DNA of 64,000 bases, from positions 256,001 to 320,000 of the forward strand of contig CAVPHD010000001.1 in the NCBI GenBank assembly GCA_963704165.1, read 5' to 3'. This DNA comes from an uncultured delta proteobacterium (lineage in GTDB: Bacteria > Myxococcota_A > UBA9160 > SZUA-336). Made by a program: the position numbers and the translations under genes. The notes under the pieces are model-generated. The model saw only the letters and a list, made by a program, of their open reading frames with translations. It was not told the origin of the DNA and did not search any database. Shown here piece after piece: positions 61,017 to 64,000 of the stretch (positions are counted from its first letter, which is position 1; every line of letters starts with the position of its first letter).

Positions 61017-62420
61017 CTACGAGATTCCCGCGGCGGCGGCGATCTGCGCGAGCGCGTCGGCCTCCGACCAGGCCTCGAAGGCGGGCTCGACGACGGCCGA
61101 GAACGATTGCACGAGCCCGCGCGAATTCGTGAACGTCCCCGACTTCTCGAGGAAGCTGCGCGCGGGCAACGCCACGACCGCGCGCGCCGAGAGGGCGGAC
61201 TCGTGGGTGTCGATCAGCACGATGTTCCGGACGTCGCCGAAGACCTCGGCGGTCGTCGTGTGTCCGAGCACGATGGCGAGATCCGCGCGGCCGAGCTGCT
61301 CGTTCGACTCGACCATGCCGAGCGCGCGGCAGCCGGCGGCGTTGGGCGACTTCTCCGCCTCGATCAGGATCGCGTCCGACTCGCCGCGCGGAACCGAGAA
61401 ACGCGCCGGTCCCGCACCGAGCGAAGCGAGCAGATCGCGGAACGCCTCGAGGTCGGCATTCGAAGCGAACGGAGACGCGACACCGATGATCTTCCCGTTC
61501 GCGTCGCGGGTCGCCCGCACGAGCTCGGCCGCGCGCTTGACCGCGTCGGTGTAGCTCGCGTCGCGCCCGTCGACGCGCGGCGACGTCAGCCGGCCGGTCG
61601 AGTTCTTCTTGTACGACATGCGGCCGTGGTCGCACATCCAGGTGTCGTTCACCGCGTCGTTCCTTCGCGGCACGAAGCGGTAGATCTTGTTGTTCGAGCG
61701 CGATGCGACGATGTTGCAGCCGCGCGAGCACTGGTTGCAGACGCTCTCGACGTCGTCCGTGAACCAGACGCGGACCTTGAAGCGGAAGTCCCGCGTCGTG
61801 AGTGCGCCGACCGGACAGATGTCGGCGACGTTCATCGAATACGGATTGTCGAGCTCGCTTCCCGGGAAGACCTCGAGCAGCGACTCGTCGCCGCGATTCA
61901 CGACCCCGAGCTCCCCCGTCTTCGGAATCTCTCGGCAGAATCGCACGCAGCGCCGGCACAGGATGCAGCGCTCCTGGTCGAAGACGATCGTCGGGCCGAG
62001 GTCCACCGACTTCTTCGCGGGGCGTCTCGGCTCGCGGGTGCGCGCCGCCGGCACGCCCCATTCGTAGGCGTAGTCCTGCAGCTTGCACTCGCCGGCCTGG
62101 TCGCAGATCGGGCAGTCGAGCGGATGATTGATGAGCAGGAGCTCCATCACGCCACGGCGCGCCGCGAGCACGCGATCGCTCTTCGTGTGGACCTTCATCG
62201 CGTTCATCACCGGCGTGTTGCAGGCGATCTGGAGCTTCGGCATGCCCTCGATCTCGACCTGACAGAGCCGGCACGATCCATCGACCGAGAGCTTGGGGTG
62301 CCAGCAGTAGTGCGGGATCTCGATGCCGTGCGCGAGCAGGCCGAGATCGTCGATCGCCTGCATGACGGTACGGCCCTCGGCCACTTCGTACTCGACTCCG
62401 TCGATCGTCAGCGTCGGCAT
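61017..62420 (-). CDS. nuoG: NADH-quinone oxidoreductase subunit G (short, 467 aa)
   Basis: CWHPKL..GSCRLC, NHPLDCPICDQAGECKLQD, CILCRRCVRFC, DICPVGAL, CNQCSRGC...WMCD. Confidence 0.93.
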   Translation of the reverse strand: MPTLTIDGVEYEVAEGRTVMQAIDDLGLLAHGIEIPHYCWHPKLSVDGSCRLCQVEIEGMPKLQIACNTPVMNAMKVHTKSDRVLAARRGVMELLLINHPLDCPICDQAGECKLQDYAYEWGVPAARTREPRRPAKKSVDLGPTIVFDQERCILCRRCVRFCREIPKTGELGVVNRGDESLLEVFPGSELDNPYSMNVADICPVGALTTRDFRFKVRVWFTDDVESVCNQCSRGCNIVASRSNNKIYRFVPRRNDAVNDTWMCDHGRMSYKKNSTGRLTSPRVDGRDASYTDAVKRAAELVRATRDANGKIIGVASPFASNADLEAFRDLLASLGAGPARFSVPRGESDAILIEAEKSPNAAGCRALGMVESNEQLGRADLAIVLGHTTTAEVFGDVRNIVLIDTHESALSARAVVALPARSFLEKSGTFTNSRGLVQSFSAVVEPAFEAWSEADALAQIAAAAGIS

Positions 62421-62422
62421 CG

Positions 62423-63715
62423 CTAGAGCTCGAAGCTTTCGGGGAACGGGCACTTCTTGTCGCGCACGTGCGCTTCGAAGTCGTCGCGGAAGTGCCGCAG
62501 CAGTCCCTGGATCGGCCAGGCCGCGGCGTCGGCAAAGGCGCAGATCGTCTGTCCCTCCATCAACGACGGAACGTCGCCGAGCAGTGCGAGATCCTCGGCG
62601 CTGCCGCGACCCTGCTCGATCTTCTGACACAGCTTGTGCACCCAGGCCGTTCCCTCGCGGCACTGCGTGCACTGGCCGCAGGACTCGTCGCGGAAGAAGT
62701 ACGAGACGACCGTCGCGACGCGCACCATGCAGACGCTCTCGTCCATCACCATCACGCCACCGGTGCCCAGATGCGTACCCTTCTGCGAGAGGAACTCCTC
62801 GGCCATCGGAACCTCGAGCTCCGTCGGCGGAAGGATCGGCATCGACAACCCGCCGGGCATCACTCCCTTCAACCTGCGGCCGCCGCGAACGCCTCCCGCG
62901 TGCCCGAGCACCTCGCGAAGTGGCGTCCCGAGCGGAAGCTCGAAGAGGCCCGGCCGCTCGACGTGACCACTCACACCAAAGAGTGTCGTCCCCGGGCTCT
63001 TCTCCGTGCCGCGAGCCTTGAACCACTCGACCCCGCGGTCGAGGATGAACGGCACGTGCGCGAACGTCTCGATGTTGTTCACCGTCGTCGGCAGACCGAA
63101 CGCGCCGTGCTGCGCCGGAAACGGCGGCTTCTTTCGCGGCTGCCCCTTCTTGCCCTCGAGCGATTCGAGCAGGCCCGTCTCTTCGCCGCAGATGTACGCG
63201 CCCGCGCCCGAGTGCACGACGATGTCGAGATCGAATCCCTTCTTGCCGAGGATGTTCTTCCCCAGGAGCTTTCGCGCGTAGAGCGCCTTCACCGCCGTCT
63301 CGAGCGAGCGGATCGAGTCGCGGTACTCGCCGCGCACGTAGATGTACGCGCGCCGCGCGCCCATCGCCCACGCGCCGATCAGGATGCCCTCGAGCACCTC
63401 GAACGGTCCGCGCTCCATGATCATCCGGTCCTTGAACGAGCCGGGTTCGGATTCGTCGCCGTTCACGACGATGACCTTCGTGCGGTCGTTCGTCTTCGGC
63501 ATGAAGCTCCACTTCAGCCCGGTCGCGAAGCCCGCTCCTCCCCGGCCGCGCAGCCCCGACGCCTTCACCACGTCGGTGACCTGTTCCGGTGTCAGCGCGA
63601 TCGCCTTCGCGAGACCCGCGAGCCCGCCCTTCGCCTCGTAACCGGCGAGCGTCTGGAACCCGTCGTCGCCGTAGTTCTCGGAAAGGTAGTTCTTGATGAG
63701 CGGTTCGACGGCCAA
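62423..63715 (-). CDS. nuoF: NADH-quinone oxidoreductase subunit F
   Basis: GLRGRGGAGF, NGDESEPG, GAGAYICGEET, ESCGQCTQCREG, TICAF. Confidence 0.97.
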   Translation of the reverse strand: MAVEPLIKNYLSENYGDDGFQTLAGYEAKGGLAGLAKAIALTPEQVTDVVKASGLRGRGGAGFATGLKWSFMPKTNDRTKVIVVNGDESEPGSFKDRMIMERGPFEVLEGILIGAWAMGARRAYIYVRGEYRDSIRSLETAVKALYARKLLGKNILGKKGFDLDIVVHSGAGAYICGEETGLLESLEGKKGQPRKKPPFPAQHGAFGLPTTVNNIETFAHVPFILDRGVEWFKARGTEKSPGTTLFGVSGHVERPGLFELPLGTPLREVLGHAGGVRGGRRLKGVMPGGLSMPILPPTELEVPMAEEFLSQKGTHLGTGGVMVMDESVCMVRVATVVSYFFRDESCGQCTQCREGTAWVHKLCQKIEQGRGSAEDLALLGDVPSLMEGQTICAFADAAAWPIQGLLRHFRDDFEAHVRDKKCPFPESFEL

Positions 63716-63718
63716 CGC

Positions 63719-64000
63719 CTACTCCAGCTCGTCGATGATGCGGCGGGCCGCTTCCAGGTCGAGATTCTCGTGGTACACGCCATCGACGCGCATCATCGGC
63801 GCGGTACCGCAGGATCCGAGGCACTCTTCGTGGCCGATCGTGATGCGACCGTCCTTCGTCGTCTCACCCGCGTGCACGCCGAGATGCGCTTCGAGTTCCT
63901 TCAGAAGCGTGCGCGCACCGCGCAGACTGCAGGGCAGGTTCGTGCACACGTACACGTGGTGCCGACCCTGCGGCTCGGTGTAGAACATGTTGTAGAAGCT
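63719..64000 (-). CDS. nuoE: NADH-quinone oxidoreductase subunit E (5' part outside the window)
   Basis: SFYNMFY, VCTNLPCSLRG, ECLGSCGTAP. Confidence 0.93.
   Translation of the reverse strand, partial: SFYNMFYTEPQGRHHVYVCTNLPCSLRGARTLLKELEAHLGVHAGETTKDGRITIGHEECLGSCGTAPMMRVDGVYHENLDLEAARRIIDELE

Overview
GC-rich bacterial chromosomal segment. Gene content suggests a Gram-negative, Myxococcota/deltaproteobacterium-like organism (inference). I found no mobile element, CRISPR array or rRNA. Left to right: (1) a Cpx-like regulator/periplasmic adaptor pair and divergent MFS transporters; (2) a coupled ABC-2/FAD oxidoreductase/SSS/DMT/SEC-C run; (3) a deoxyhypusine-synthase-family gene, a phosphotransferase and a GH36 alpha-galactosidase; (4) an octaheme-HEAT/TPR protein and several envelope proteins; (5) PAS-PAS plus MBL hydrolase and a Tat amidohydrolase; (6) a serine-decoding hub with tRNA-Arg(GCG), three tRNA-Ser, serS and selB, where an S8 protease gene abuts or overlaps tRNA-Ser(UGA); (7) a ~19 kb catabolic/detox cluster with five glutathione-transferase-fold proteins, TetR, DUF1329/DUF1330, three sulfatases, an F420-type LLM, an epoxide-hydrolase-like enzyme and an ACAD pair, with three copies of a 17-bp operator-like motif; (8) a polysaccharide deacetylase with an internal sorting signal plus a second signal peptide; (9) nuoE-F-G-H-J-K-L-M-N with no nuoI between H and J. 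Single-base frameshifts in several genes, including essential serS, look like long-read consensus errors. Best candidates for something undescribed: the TetR/GST/sulfatase regulon, the tRNA-protease junction, the polyprotein-like deacetylase, repeated CTG/ATC start codons, and tRNA-Arg(GCG). All family calls come from motif recognition; no database search was run.
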